DNA of 63,741 bases, the filler included, from Dirinaria sp. TL-2023a (taxonomy: Eukaryota), in assembly GCA_051941275.1 (NCBI GenBank). It is 11 parts of 11 records of this genome, joined end to end, with 100 filler letters (N's around TTAATTAATTAA, not from the genome) between each part and the next. Parts side by side here need not be neighbours in the genome. Positions count along the whole stretch, not along the records: positions 23,285 to 28,995 come from JAVEBF010001604.1; positions 29,096 to 34,796 come from JAVEBF010001605.1; positions 34,897 to 40,593 come from JAVEBF010001606.1; 8 more parts are not named here. One strand, written 5' to 3'. The notes under the pieces were generated by a model. It saw only the letters and a program-made list of their open reading frames with translations, had not been told where the DNA came from and made no database searches. A program made the translations under genes and the position numbers. Below, in pieces: positions 24,073 through 37,878 of the stretch; position 1 is the stretch's first letter; each line of letters starts with the position of its first letter.

Positions 24073-26658
24073 ATGGCCCCCACAATCTTTAGATCAACTG
24101 CTTCGCTCCTAATCTTAATATCATCGGTGAGGAGATCTAGCTCAACTGCCATCTCGGTCATGTTTGAGCTCCGTTGACCATGGATAGCTCGGTATCTCAG
24201 AATCCTCTGTGCTTCAGAAACGAGCGACAAACCCTACAGGCACCGCCGTGGGCCCTCTCCCATCTGGTTGGACCTACCAAGGATGCTATATCGATAATGC
24301 TCAAGGACGTATCCTCAATGTCCAGAATCCCGACTCCCAGACCTTGACTATTGAGTCGTGTGTGTCCACGTGCGCTTCCGCTGGGTACACTGTAGCGGGC
24401 ATGGAATACAGCTCCCAGTGCTTCTGCGGCAATGGTATTTCTAACGGCGGGGCGCTCGCATCAAGCGATACCCAATGTAACATGGCGTGCTCTGGAAATT
24501 CCAAAGAGACGTGTGGTGCAGGAGTAAGCATTTTTTCGCAAGCTTTAGGGGATGAAGAGAGAAAGGAGATGAAATTGGAGTTGGCTAAACGCGACAACGT
24601 GAGTAGAATCGCTTGTCAATTTACTCAAAAGGGACACTCAAAGTATCTCAGCCACCAGCTGTTCAAACAACTGGACTACCCGGGTCTTGGACCTACAAGG
24701 GCTGTATTACTGAGGGCGCAAACGCCAGAGTTTTCAAGTATCAAATTGTCGATGCTTCCAACACTACCGCGACTTCCTGTCTGACCCAATGCCAAAAATT
24801 CGGTTTCATGGTAGGCGCGATAGAGTACGGACAGGAATGCTGTCAGTTGCTACCCATGCTTTGAGGGCGGAAGAAGGCCACTGACAGAATTGTGTAGACT
24901 GCGGTGACCTCGACGATATCACGAATGCTGGGTCGACAGCTGCGCCAACAACGGACTGCAACGTTGCCTGCTCTGGCAATCCGCAGTATTTGTGCGGGTA
25001 AGACATGCCTGAGTATGAATATGAAAAGTACCCGCGACTGACAGAACCATTTCAGTGGTGGAAACAGGCTCTCGTGGTATCAGTGGACCGGCACACCTCT
25101 GTACAAATGGGCATACCCTACCGGCAATGCTGCAGGTTCTTACAAACAACTGATTGGCGGTGTCTGCATTCCTCTGCTAACCAGTTTTGGCACCAACGGG
25201 AAATATCAATTTGTCGAGAAATACGGCACAGGCGAGGCCAACTCCACCGGAGCATATGAACTGGACCTTTCACAAATCAACAATCTCCAGGCTGCCTGGC
25301 GACCCATGCATGTTAAGACCGATGTTTTCTGCTCGGGAGGAGTGGTCATGCCGGATAAAGTTGGTCGGCAAATCAACATCGGTGGGTGGTCTGGCGACTC
25401 ACTGTTTGGTATCCGGATCTACTGGCCCGATGGATCGCCTGGTACGACTAGTACGAACGACTGGCAAGAAAACGTGAATGAGCTGAAACTCCAAGTCGGA
25501 CGCTGGTACCCGAGTGCAATGACGATGGCCAATGGCTCTATTCTTGTCGTCGGCGGCGAAAACGGTTCCAACGGCCCTCCACAGCCCTCGTTGGAAATCC
25601 TTCCAACTCCAGCCGGTGGTAGCACGGTTGTGACACTCGACTTCCTACAACGCACTGATCCAAACAACCTATACCCGTTCCTTGCCATCGTACCCAGCGG
25701 TATCTTTATTGCCTATTACAACGAAGCACGCATCCTGGATGAAAACACCTTCGCCACGAAGAAGATCCTACCCAACCTGCCAGGCAACGTCAACAACCCC
25801 GGTGCCGGACGCACCTATCCGCTTGAAGGCACAGCCATGCTTATGCCCCAGTATGCGCCTTTCACCACCCCGCTGACTGTCATGGTTTGCGGTGGCTCTA
25901 CTACCGGCGCCGGAATTGCAAATGACAATTGCGTCTCCACGCAACCTGAAGCTGCGAACCCAGTCTGGACGCTTGAGCGCATGCCCTCTCAGCGTGTCAT
26001 GACATGCATCACCGCCCTTCCCGACGGCACGTACCTGATCATGAACGGCGCGCACCAGGGCGTCGCTGGCTTCGGTCTGGCTACTAGCCCTAACCTTAAT
26101 GCGGTTCTCTACGACCCTAGCAAGCCCGTCAACCAGCGCATGTCGGTCATGGCAAACACCACCGTCGCCCGGCTCTACCACTCTGAAGCAATCCTGATGC
26201 AGGACGGCCGTGTCATGGTCTCTGGCTCTGACCCGCAAGACGGTACACACCCGGAAGAATACCGCGTGGAGGTCTTCTCGCCCCCCTACGCTCTCTCGGG
26301 CCTTGCCGCTCCAGCCTTTACCATCACGAACAAGGACTGGAGCTACGGTGCCTCCGTGCAGTTCACCCTTACCAAGGGCTCCAACGCCAACATCCGGGTA
26401 TCGCTCCTTGGCGCCGTAGTCAGCACCCACGGCAACAGCATGGGACAGAGAACGCTCTTCCCCGCTGTGTCCTGCTCAGGCACGACCTGCACGGTCACCG
26501 TGCCACCGAATGTCCACGTATGCCCCCTCGGCTGGTATCAAATGTTCGTGCTGGACGGGCCAACGCCATCACTGTCGACCTATGTGCGGATCGGTGGCGA
26601 CCCAGGCAAATTGGGCAACTGGCCCACACAATCGGATTTCAAGAGGCCCGGCGTTTGA
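24073..26658 (+). CDS. Secreted copper radical oxidase (glyoxal oxidase, CAZy AA5_1) with two WSC domains
   Basis: Exons 24073-24126, 24188-24523, 24607-24841, 24898-24997, 25056-26658. Signal peptide plus KR, two WSC repeats (WTYQGCY...EYSSQCFCG...C.GN...CG), catalytic motifs FCSG, RWYP, RLYHS, STHG. Confidence 0.95.
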
Positions 26659-27539
26659 AACAATGTCTCTCTTTTATTATTTCTATCGGCGGTCGGCGGT
26701 GGGGCAACGACTCCTTTCCCTTTTCGTGCTTCCATTTTCTCCTTTCTCGGGTTTTTTTCAGCCCGTTCTTGGCCCTCGCCGCCTTAACGAAATCTGGACA
26801 TGATCTGCTTGAAACTTGTTGTGCAAGGGAAGAGATGAAACCATCAGCGCCGCGTAAGGAGTCACACTTAGATGCCGGGTTCCATATGCAGTAATTTTCC
26901 CTTACCTTCGCTTGCTGTTTCATGGGTACACTTTTTGACGATAGCACGGATTGGAGTAGACAATGTGGGGATTTGGGGAAACGTACACATGCATTCAATT
27001 GTGATGTGTTCTGGACATACGGTACTTACTCGCATGATGATACCTAGCCTACGATAGCTGCAACGAAGAAATTCTAATGTGTTTTGTCCAACCATGGGTG
27101 GCGGCTGTGTGTTACTGCATCCTCATGTGGAAAATCATGATCTACCTACCTTACCCATACACTTCCTGCAATTAATTACTGCAGCAACCTGGTGTGGCTC
27201 AACCTGGTTGGCTCGTGGCGCGTCTTTTGACGGTCACTGCACTGCGAATGATTTGAAAAACAAAAGAGGCAGCAACGGTGTACCAGCAGGTCACCAGAAA
27301 GAGCTCATGATGATCACCAGGTCTGGGACAACCTCGACTACTCACTCCGTCTGCTTAATTTATGCGGGCGGGGTAGGTCGTCGAAGAGGAAAAAGATTGA
27401 CGATAACAGGACGAAAGGAGACTGCGGGGCCACCATCCTCTTTTAAGGTGGTAGTAGGTAAGCCCCAGGGAACATCATCCCAACCCACAGTGACAATCCC
27501 GCGCTAGCTCTTCGCTGCGTGCGTGTCCTTGCATTAGAC

Positions 27540-27603
27540 CATGCCTGTCATTCCTGTCCCATGCTGTCATGCTGTCAAGCCTGTCATGCTTGTCATGCAT
27601 GCC
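27540..27603. repeat. Degenerate 8-9 bp tandem array (CATGC/TGTC)
   Basis: Six TGTC cores (five TGTCA) spaced 8-10 bp apart. Confidence 0.7.
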
Positions 27604-28715
27604 CTCTCGGGGCGTTACGGAGGGTTTTAAAAGGATGGAAGGGAACCATGGGTCCGTACGGTATTTGGTGAGCTGGCCTTAAGGTACCTTAGGCGCCTCC
27701 AACTCCTGTGCCCAATCCGGTATAGCGCTTGCATCCTTGCTTACCTTAAGGTACAGGACAGGACTACCGTATCTTATCATCCCACCTTCTCCCACTTTTC
27801 TCGCCTTACCTTCCCGCAATGGTTTGTCCATGGCTTAGGTTGGGATTAGCGAGGTTCGTGTACAGTCGGTGAGGAAGACAGAGAAAAAGATGAACCACTT
27901 TGTTCTCGAAATCACACCCACTGCGGTCTTACTCTGCCAACCTCTCCACACCAGAAGAGAAGGCTCTACAGGATAGAAAATCGATCCGAAAGGAAAGAAT
28001 TCAGTATTGGAAGCAAGGGAAGGTTCAACTCTTCTTCTTCTTTTTTCAATTCTTTGCTCTGCGCTTTACGTGGGGTGGAGTTATTCCACAGAATACCTTT
28101 GCAATGCCTTAAGCGTCTGTAACGTCTCACCAGTAGACTTTTCCTACCATTAGCTTGTTCACAAATTTCTCGCCCTTTGAAGGCCCCGCGTTCGTGAAGT
28201 ATGTCTGTACTCTTGCTGCAACTCTAACATACCTATCTATACAATTTTAGATAGGGACCACTTCTCACTGAACCCGAACAATACCTTGTTCGGGAACGCA
28301 GCATCTACCCAGCTAACCTTCTGGACTGCATTGTATCTCCAGCCTTCAGTGCGCCGAGGGAAGTTGAAAGGACAAAAGATCGCAAGTATAAGCAATTGTT
28401 GAAATGAAATGCTTTGTCACGTCCTCAAACAAAGCCACGCAATTGTCATTGTTCAAAACACCCCACCAACGAAAAAAGAAAGAAGCAAGCACCGAGTTCC
28501 ATAAAAGAACCCTCACTTGCTGTTCGGTATTGAGAGGTCCTTTTGAAGAGATGAATGTCAACTTTAAAATGCAATAGGATCCCCCCAACCCGCGTTAAGG
28601 TACAGTCTTGCCTCGCGATAATAAACCATATTTGTAGTCTCTTTTCTCGTTTGCTTTTTTTTTTTTTTTAACTTTTTCTTTTGAGACTTCTTTGATTTTT
28701 CTGATTTCCGACACA

Positions 28716-28995
28716 ATGACTCTATTTGGTTTCGGAACTCCGGGTGAGAAGCCGTTGCCGGTCAACAGCATCCGTGAGATTATTGATCCCGAGTCTTCGA
28801 TTAAAAGTTCCGAGGAATCGTGCTCGAGCGATGAAGGCCATGCAGATTATACTAAGTCGGCTGCGCAGACGCAATATGTAGGTACGTTCTTCTTCTTTTT
28901 CTTTTTTTATCGAATATGCTCCTCGTCTGCACTTCGCATCAGCATTCAAAACAGGCCTTGTGAAAAGATCTCGTCTCCTATCCAAAATCAGGGAG
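28716..28995 (+). CDS. Probable 5' end of an unidentified gene, cut by the contig end
   Basis: acacaATG start after a pyrimidine-rich leader; MTLFGFGTPGEKPLPVNSIREIIDPE... followed by GTAGGT/GTACGT donor-like sites. Confidence 0.35.
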
Positions 28996-29095
28996 NNNNN
29001 NNNNNNNNNNNNNNNNNNNNNNNNNNNNNNNNNNNNNNNTTAATTAATTAANNNNNNNNNNNNNNNNNNNNNNNNNNNNNNNNNNNNNNNNNNNN
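28996..29095. other. Artificial 100-nt contig spacer
   Basis: Same linker. Confidence 0.99.
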
Positions 29096-30065
29096 CCCCA
29101 GGACCCCCCCCCTACCCTGGTCGGAAGAGGCATGATCTGGCTAAAGCTTCGAGAATTAGGCGAGAGCAATGGCTGGCTGAACATGCGCGCTTGGCGAGCC
29201 TCGATGGTGCAAGTGAGGTTGTTTTTCCGTCACTAACTCACTATGACTTTCACTGTTCCTAGCTCGGGTTCACTTGGGTGCTGCAGGTGGAAAAAGGGTT
29301 CTGGTTGATCCAAGCTTGTTCAATCCCGGGTGCCCCCTGTCGGCCTTAGGGAGGCACAGGCGCCATTGGCAGTCGCATTCGCATGGCTCTTCGTATTTTA
29401 CCTGACGCCCCAATACCGATCCCAAGCTAAGAGTAAGACGCAGGCCGACGCAGCTGTCATAGAAGCTAGACTTAACTTCCCGGGATCAGGCTCAGAGCCG
29501 CTAACTACTCGCTCGGCGCTCGCTCCAAGTTTTTAAGCTCTTCTAATAATCGCGACTCGCCGCTCGTGGGTTTCGCTAGCTCTATATTTCATCCCGCCGA
29601 GTCCCCAGTCCCCTTCGACTGTCCTTCCATTTAGTTTCTGCTGCGTCTAGCGTTCGTATGTTCTCTTGTTGTTCTTCATTGTGCTATTCTGCCGCCACAC
29701 CTCCCTGCTTTATATGCATCTCTTAGCCACTGTTGTCTGTCGCTCTCGCTGCTATTCGACCACGACCTGTCGCTCTCCACCAAGTCATCCTCTATCGGTC
29801 ATATCAAGCACTTATAATCTCCCCGCGTAAGGAAGAACAGCCGGCGATCCCTTAGGCTATAAACATTCGACTGCCTCATTGCTCGATCGAGTCGATCACT
29901 TACTGCAAAACAAAAAAATACCTCGATCCTCGACGCTCAGGACGAGGCTGATGATTGCTTAATTGGTTCGAGGTGGTCTACCAGCCATTATAGCTACAGT
30001 GACGATATCAATACGTGTGGTTGCTCGACTTCGATTTTGGATCCTCCTAGTACCAGGCTTAAGAG

Positions 30066-32319
30066 ATGGATTTTGGACCGTCATTGTATCACAGGCATAC
30101 TGAGCCTAACCCACCCGTATCCGGTACTCGAGCGCCCTCCCACCATAGTTCGCATAATTTCGCAAGCACGCCAGCATTACACGCTCGTTCCGCTTCAGGT
30201 CAACCAATGGCCCCGACAGACAGTGCAGAAGAGATCGACACCTCAACCCGGCCTCGCCTAACTCAAGAGCAGGTCACCGTCCTGGAAGAGGAGTTCTCGA
30301 AGTTACCCAAGCCCAACACGGAATTCAAGAAAGAATTGGCAAGCCGCATCGGGCTGACGTTAGCCCGAGTCAACGTAAGTGATTGAACCTTTGGTGTTAA
30401 GTTATATGGCTGATGTAGAACAGAACTGGTACCAAAACCGCCGTGCTAAGACTAAGCACGGTTTGAGGACCACCGAAGCACACTTCGAAGTTCGACCGGA
30501 GGAGCTTCAGAACCCTTGGGGCTCTTTCGACCCCTCGTTCCGGGACTTGATTGACACGTCGATGTTCGACGCGTTCAGTTCCCAACTTCTCAGTCCCGAT
30601 CTCCTGCATACGCCGCTGGATGAAACTCCCAAGATTAGCTATTTCCCGGGGGCTGAAGACCTGTTCGCATACAATGCAGAACACTGCACACCCCAGTTAT
30701 CTTTTGAGCGCCCTCTCGGTTCGCAAGCTCACGCCTCTATGCTGCAGCCAAGTAGTAACGACTTTAATGCCGCACCACGATTTCCGGGATTGACAATCCC
30801 GAACAATGATTCGAAACAGGCCTTCCCAGACCTGGTTGACTTTGACATGGACAGCTACACTTCTGAAAGTGTGGCCGGTATCGCTATGCCAGAGGAAATG
30901 CCTGTGGACCAGTCCACCCAACACATGTATCAAATGCCTAACCATGGGCTGCATATTGGCAATGGCTCAAGTCAGACAGTCATGAGCGCAACTTCGTCTT
31001 CCGACGGCGAACAGCAAACTTTGATGACACCTCCAGAAGGGCCATCGCCTATCACGTTACAATCTCAGGATGCGTTGGACAGAAGAGGTTCAATAACTGG
31101 TGCTTTGACAACAGATTTTCAGAATGGCTTCCACCTGCAACCTCGAAAATCTAGCAGAGTCCTGCATGATGCTTCCCTTGACGCCTCGTTTGAATCTCGC
31201 CTGGACGCATCCGAGAGAGTCTCTCCAGCAGCGCCTGCCGCGCAGTTGGCCCCAAACAGCCCATCTCAACTCTCGACAGAGGACTTGAATAGTCCATCCG
31301 TCACGAGTCTTGCTGCAAGGCGGAAGCGCCCCAGGCCAGCACCTCTGGTCAGACCTGACGCTCAACGTAGCCACTCATATGCTGGCCCATTGACCGCTTC
31401 ACCCCAATCGAGGAAAATGCTTCTTGATCCCTCTCGCCCGGTACGCCGGGTGCGCTCCGGTCTTGAGGTGGTCCACGGTCGCATTCAGAAGCCTACCTCC
31501 AGCTCCGCCCAAGTTTCCCCTGGCAAGCTCGAAGCCGGGTTCGATCGTCAACCCTCCTTAAGGAGTAATTCGGGTGTCCATCCGCAAGCACCGCCCACAC
31601 CGCTGTCGGCAACACAAGCCCGTCACTGCTCTCTGGACTTGCCCCTCAATCGTTCCGAGGAAGACGAGTTCGCGCAGCACGGTGTAACTGCAGGCTGGGA
31701 GAACTCGTTCAACTTCAACTCGCCTCCCATTACGCCTTACTCCTTCGGCCAATGCTCAACCGAGCAGAGACACGCGAGCTTCCTGAGTCACGTATCTGCA
31801 TCGCATGAGCCACCTCAGTCAGCGCCGCCGCAGAAAACGAATTTCTTTTTCGGCGACTCGCCACCAATATCTAATAGTAATCTACCTAACCCGAGCTGGC
31901 AAGCTCCAGTCGAGGTCCCTTCGAATGCATTCCCAAACCACAGTCCAACTGTGGTTCCTCAATCAAGTTACAACGCACTCCCCGCCCACTACGAGCAGCC
32001 GCAGCTGCATTTCGCGTACCCAATTCCTCAGTATCAAGGCCCATCGCAGCATCAGATCGGATTCCAGGGCCCAGCATCGCAAGCCTTCAATGGCTCGCGA
32101 GAGCAGATCTACAGCGGGCTCCAGCAGTATCCCTTCTTGGCGTCCATGGGGCCTTACCAGCGCAATTTTCTCGACGCGCAGCCTCAACCTCAACCACTAG
32201 AAATTAAGGTTGAATTAGGGCCTTCGCCCCAAGGTACACCACAGCCGCGGAAGCAGTACACCTTCAGCAACAGCACTCCGGAGGACTTCTCCACGCCCAA
32301 GGAGCAGACCCCGAGCTGA
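30066..32319 (+). CDS. Homeobox transcription factor, HbxA/Hbx1/Htf1-like
   Basis: Homeodomain RPRLTQEQVTVLEEEF...KPNTEFKKELA..IGL..ARVN/NWYQNRRAK split by intron 30375-30423. Also LAARRKRPRPA and C-terminal YTFSNSTPEDF motifs. Confidence 0.9.
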
Positions 32320-33273
32320 AAGCCTTGCATTCACAGCGCATCTGCCATCTAGACGCTTAGCATCTCCACGACCACGATTTCAGTGGGCCCAGATACACGA
32401 TTTGCATGGGCTTGCACACCACCTTCAAGGTTCTAATTCTAATACCCTAGTGTAATTGTACGTCCAACGTTGCCAGTAACGTTTGCTTTGCAGCACTATC
32501 ATCAGCGACTGTACTATATGCACGTCATTTTTCAGCGCTTGCAACTGATCCAGCGATCATTTGCCAATATGGGGCCGATTAAGCCTATCACGGTCTAAAT
32601 GCGCGCTTGTAATATAGGAACACGTACATCGCCTGAGAGGCTAGATGAGCCAATTGATGTTTTGAATTATATTATACATTTTCCCAGTCGGCGCCCCTAA
32701 CAGCGCAGTTGGCATTTAGTTGTAACTTGTAGCCGGAAAGGAAAAAAGCGTTTTCGCCCATGTCTCCGAAGTGTATTATGGGCCTTATGGCACCCCTATA
32801 TCAGTCTTCGAGTATTAGTGTATTTCTCGTGCAGAATCTCCTATGATCTCCTTTGCTACGGCTGGCTGGCTGACAGATCCGTCTATCTGCAGCCCACCCA
32901 AAATGCATGCTCCTATTACGTACCTGCACTACTGACATCTGCAGATGACATGCATCAAGTAGCAAGCCGGATTCGGCAGCGCCCTAGAACGCCACCACGA
33001 ACGTCCGGGCACCACACACCACCACGTCAATAATCACTAAGGAGAAACGAAACACTGAGACTCTAAAGACCACCGAACAACGCCGCGCCTCCACCGCCCA
33101 TATATATGTGTGGTGTATAGCCGCACGAATCATCTAGACCTAAATATTCACCATATCGATCATTATCTCCGAATAATCGTGACGATCTTGATGATAAAAG
33201 GACGTTCAAAGCTATCTATGTGACCGCCTAAACGCACCTGGACGTTTTTGATGGACCTGAATGCGCCATCCGA

Positions 33274-33793
33274 TTGATGGGCTTAACAATTCCTACGATA
33301 ATTGGCACAGTCGTATGCTGGAGCAGGTGGCTTTTGATTCCTCTCTCTCGAAGCGCACATATCGACGAATCTGCTGACATTCATGGCACGGTGAACGAAT
33401 CGCCCATTCCAAGATCCATCCCTACCACCAACTTCGACCCTCTACCAAGCAAATTCCACCGACCTCGAAGGCCCGAAGAGATGTGGATGTCGAACTTCAT
33501 CTCCGAATACCGTGAGTCCTTACATTCTCTGCTACTGTGATCGAAGTTACCTGCACCTTCCCAACCATTTTACAGCACAGCCCCAAGTGATGGCCGTAAT
33601 ATACCACGATATGATACAGTCAGATGATGAAGCCAAGGGTTCCAGATATCCCTTGCTCCACTTCGACCATCAAATGCGCCTGCCTTTCAATCCGGCCATC
33701 CACACCATCAGGATTCGATCGAAATCAATGCAAAATCAACCCGTCTCGAGGACTTGGAGAATCGATCTTGACCTGCGTCTCCGAAAAATGTAA
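33274..33793 (+). pseudogene. Possible spliced or degenerate hypothetical gene
   Basis: Two ORFs join in frame through GTGAGT(33512)...TACAG(33575), giving ...WMSNFISEY/PQPQVMAVIYHD.... Weak branch site and no recognised family. Confidence 0.25.
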
Positions 33794-34796
33794 TCATTCG
33801 CCGCTTCAACTACTAAAGTTGAACTTGCACGTACCTGCGCAGCCCTCAATTGATGCTACGGCAACGTTCCGATAACCCGGTACAATCAGTTGAACGAGAT
33901 TGAACCCCGGGGGGGGATTTGAAAAATCCTCGCAAGCTAAACAAGTAAATGTACTGACCGACATTTACGAAGTCGGTGAGTAACTCACCAACCTTACTCC
34001 TCCACACGACCGACCCCGACCGCTCTACCAGTCCGAAGCAACCTGTTCCCATCAACCCAAACCAAAAAAAAAACCCTCTTGATACCCAAAACCTTTTGAA
34101 GCAATGAATGAAACTGCCTCATCTTCCCATCACCAATCGCGATCCCCAAACTCATGCAATAAACTAGAAAAAAAAAAAAGAGAACTTGTGAAACTTAGCT
34201 TCTTTGATGTTTTTGTTTTATATCTCCCCTTTAGAAGCCCTAGAGTGCCCCAATACTAAACCTACCTTACCTTACCGTATTGCATGTCCACAGCATAGCC
34301 TAGATAGTCGCCATTTGAATATACATAGCTGCTGACCCCCTATACCTGAATCCTATACCACCAATATAATTGAACTCCATCCAACCTCCATCAATTCAAG
34401 CAAAGGATATTGCGAGGATCTAAAATCCAATTTGTATATAGACAGGCGTGCGCACTTAGCTATGATATCCTAGTGATCTCCCGCCTTTTAACCGCATCTT
34501 TACGACTACAAGCTTCTCTTTCCCATTCTTTTTTCTCTGTCACAACACTTTATGGAAGGGATACGCTAGTATACCTTCCGTTGCCTTCTCTTCTTCTACC
34601 CTTCCTTCAACCGTATCCCGTTCCCAGACCACAACATGTTAGACTACCTTATATATCAAAATAACAAGAAAATCTTTTATTTTTGAATCAAGAACTAAAC
34701 TCCTTCATTTCAACAAGTTTTTAATCTAAACAAATCAAACATCAAACATTATAAATCAGAATTCAATTTCGATTTAGATTTATTTCTTCTTTCTTC

Positions 34797-34896
34797 NNNN
34801 NNNNNNNNNNNNNNNNNNNNNNNNNNNNNNNNNNNNNNNNTTAATTAATTAANNNNNNNNNNNNNNNNNNNNNNNNNNNNNNNNNNNNNNNNNNNN
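34797..34896. other. Artificial 100-nt contig spacer
   Basis: Same linker. Confidence 0.99.
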
Positions 34897-35213
34897 GGAA
34901 TGAAATGAGGGAGCGGGAAAATTCGGCAACACCAGGGGGAGAGAGAGAGAGAGAGAAGAAATCAATGTCTTTTTTTTTTTTTAAAGAACGGGAGAGATGT
35001 AAGGTACGAGTACCGATCAACTTGGGAGGAAAATTAATGGTACTTAGTTTTGTATAATAACTAGAGGCTTTTCCAACGCCAGCCTGATTACTTACGTACA
35101 GTTTAGTGCTCGGACCAACTCCCCCTCCCCCTTCCTCCTTTCCCAGCATTATTTCCTCGTAATCACAAAACCCTTTACTTCAGAGCGCGCCCAGTCCCCA
35201 CCGTCCATCCCTT

Positions 35214-36771
35214 TTAACCCCCGAATCTCCCCGGCAACAGCACAGGCGCCACAAGAGACCACGTATAAATCGCGTAGCAAACCCACGCACTGACGATCTT
35301 GACCCAACTGGCCCAGTACGTGCGCCCCACGGGCGCGAAATTGATATCGGAGTCGTAATCGATGTTCTGGGTCAGCAGCGTCGCGACCCACGTCGTCGCC
35401 AGCAAGAAGATGACGTGGAAGAGGCTGTAGTTGTACTGCGTGCCGCCTCGCTCGTCGTCCTTGCCACCGCTCTTGCTGTCCTCGTCGTAGTCGCTGTCGG
35501 AATCGTCGTCGAGGGCGTTGGCGGGCAGGGAGCCGGCTTCGACGGCCGCGCGCAGGGCTTCGGCGCGCAGGGCCTTGCGGGAGGGAGGCTGTTGGTCGAC
35601 GAGGCCGTGCTCGGGTTCTTCGTCGCCAAGCTTCGAGTAGCCGTGTCCGTTGTTCGAGGACAGGGCGACGCCCTGCGTGGCGGCGCGCGTGGTGGTGTAG
35701 GCGATTGTGAGCATTGTGACAATGGCGCCGAGCACGATGGAGGCGGTGCGCGTGCCTTTCGCGCGGATGAGCGGGTTGCAGTGTTTGTCGTCTGGCTCCA
35801 TGCTTACGGCCGACATGGTGAGGTAGGTGCAGTAGACGGCGACCATGGCGGATTGGGCGAGGCCGGCTTGCGGGTTGTGTTCTTGGACTACAGGGTGTAC
35901 GGAGATGAAGGAGGTTATAAGGAGGATGAGGAGGTTGATCTGGAGGCGGTTAGTGATTGTTGGGCAGTGTTGGGGGGGGGTTTATTGGAGGGGGGATGTA
36001 CAGTTATGGCAGCTTGATTCATGGCGCAGCCACCGTTGGCAAAGAAAATGTACATGATTATGATCATGGCAAAAGATGCTGTGTACATCCCCAGCGTGGA
36101 TCCGATGAGCAAGGTACGCCATGTGCGAGAATCATGATTCTCGATCTTCTCCAGGCAATATTCTGCCCAGGTGTGCGCCAAATCAACCAGAAGTATCAGA
36201 CCCAGAAGCACGAAAAGCATCGCTCCGATAAGTGCGAAGTACTGTCCCCATATCTGGAAGAAGGTTTCCGGGATGAAGAACGTAATAACTACGAACGCCA
36301 GCCACACCAGGACTTTTGGGCCCCAATAGCCGTTCTGGAGTGAAGCGCGGCCATCGCGGGACGACTTAACGCCAAGCAGAAGGAAAGCGAGGCAGAAGTG
36401 GAAGAGACCGAGAGCGAAATTAACTCTTTGGACAGCGACATAGCCATAGCACTGTTTGCCTTGGCAGGTGATATTCATGTAATCCAGCGTAAGATGCTCC
36501 AACTTCTTGAGGGCCCACGGCGTGAGCATCAGCCATGATATGATAGAGTTCAGAAGCAGTATGACAGCGTAAGCGATGCGAGTAGCCATGCTATGGACGT
36601 CAATATCGAATATGGATCCATGGTCGGAATGACTGCCTACCTCGATTGAAAGACTCCGCACGCAGAGCATACCGCTGAGCATGTAGCCGCTCCGCAGCAG
36701 CTGGCACCGAAAGTGACAAGAGTACTCATACTTGGCACTGCGAGCAGTGGCAGTGATAACAGTGCGCCCAT
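35214..36771 (-). CDS. TMS1: Serinc/TMS membrane protein
   Basis: MGALLSLP...SCCGAATCS, LQNGYWGPK, NPQAGLAQSAMV, YNYSLFH, WSLVAP. Introns 36591-36640 and 35940-36001. Confidence 0.95.
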
Positions 36772-37878
36772 GATGGAAGATGAGGTCAAATGGCGACTGT
36801 TCTAATCAGTGATGATGGAGTGACGGATGCAGACGCTGGGAACTGTACCTTAAGAGAGAGTATGCCAAGCAACCTCGGCAAATCCGTTGCCGCTGTGCCA
36901 AGCCTCCAGCTTGCTGTACCAATGAACGGTCCTCCTAGGGTTATGTCAGGCTTCAAGTGTGGACGAACTCCACAGAAGTGAGTTTCAATGTGGATGTGTT
37001 TCTTACAGCAAAATATTAATCTTGCAAGAAAGGGTGCTCATTCCGTCAGTATACCGTTTCAATTTTCCCTCGTACTCTTGATCCCTCTTTAGGTTCTCTT
37101 ACTGTAACACTAACGACAACGTAGACAATCTGGGTCTTTGACAACAGCGCTGCAATAATTGACCGATTCATGGTCATATCGTTAATACGCTTGCGATAGA
37201 GGAGTTTCTGACGTGCGAAAAATGAGCATCTCAAAAGAGACTGCCTGAGATCGAATCCTTCGTCGTGATGATATTAAATACAGATACATTTAGTTGTCTT
37301 GCTGAGTAAAACTCCAGCAAATCATTGATTTGATTAACGTACATGGAAGACAACTATTCGAGTCTAGTCGTATTTCACAGGACGTCTTTATGACCTGAAC
37401 ACTCCTCGTCGGATATTGCGTATCGTATACGTAAATCCCAGTCTAGATATCATGGGTCCCTTATATGTGTAAGTCTCGTCAGATCTTGTTTCCCACATTT
37501 CTTTGTACATTTTCACGTCTATTATGATATTATTGGCCAGCCTTTGAAGCCACTATTTCTTATTGAAGATTTGCAAAAATTTTGGTGTCTACGATAGCAT
37601 TCATCATTGTTTTGGCTTTATCAAGCATCTGAGCCTAGATAGCACAAAGCACTAAGGTACGTCGTTAAATGAAGTTCTGTGTTTTAAACAGACGTGTTTC
37701 AGCAATGTTTGAAGGAATTCAGGGGTGCTAACATCGACTTCAGAGTCCTGATCGTACAATACATGGAGCTTTATGCGTGCTATACCATCAACTAGGAACT
37801 TCAGCCTGATCACTTGTGTTGCTGAAAACTACCTAAGCCGGGCTTCAAAACGATCCTTCTCAAATCATTATCTTCATA

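Noticed and set aside
11656..34796. Apparent developmental cluster (STE2, CHS7, glyoxal oxidase, homeobox)
   Set aside because: The genes lie on four separate size-sorted contigs.
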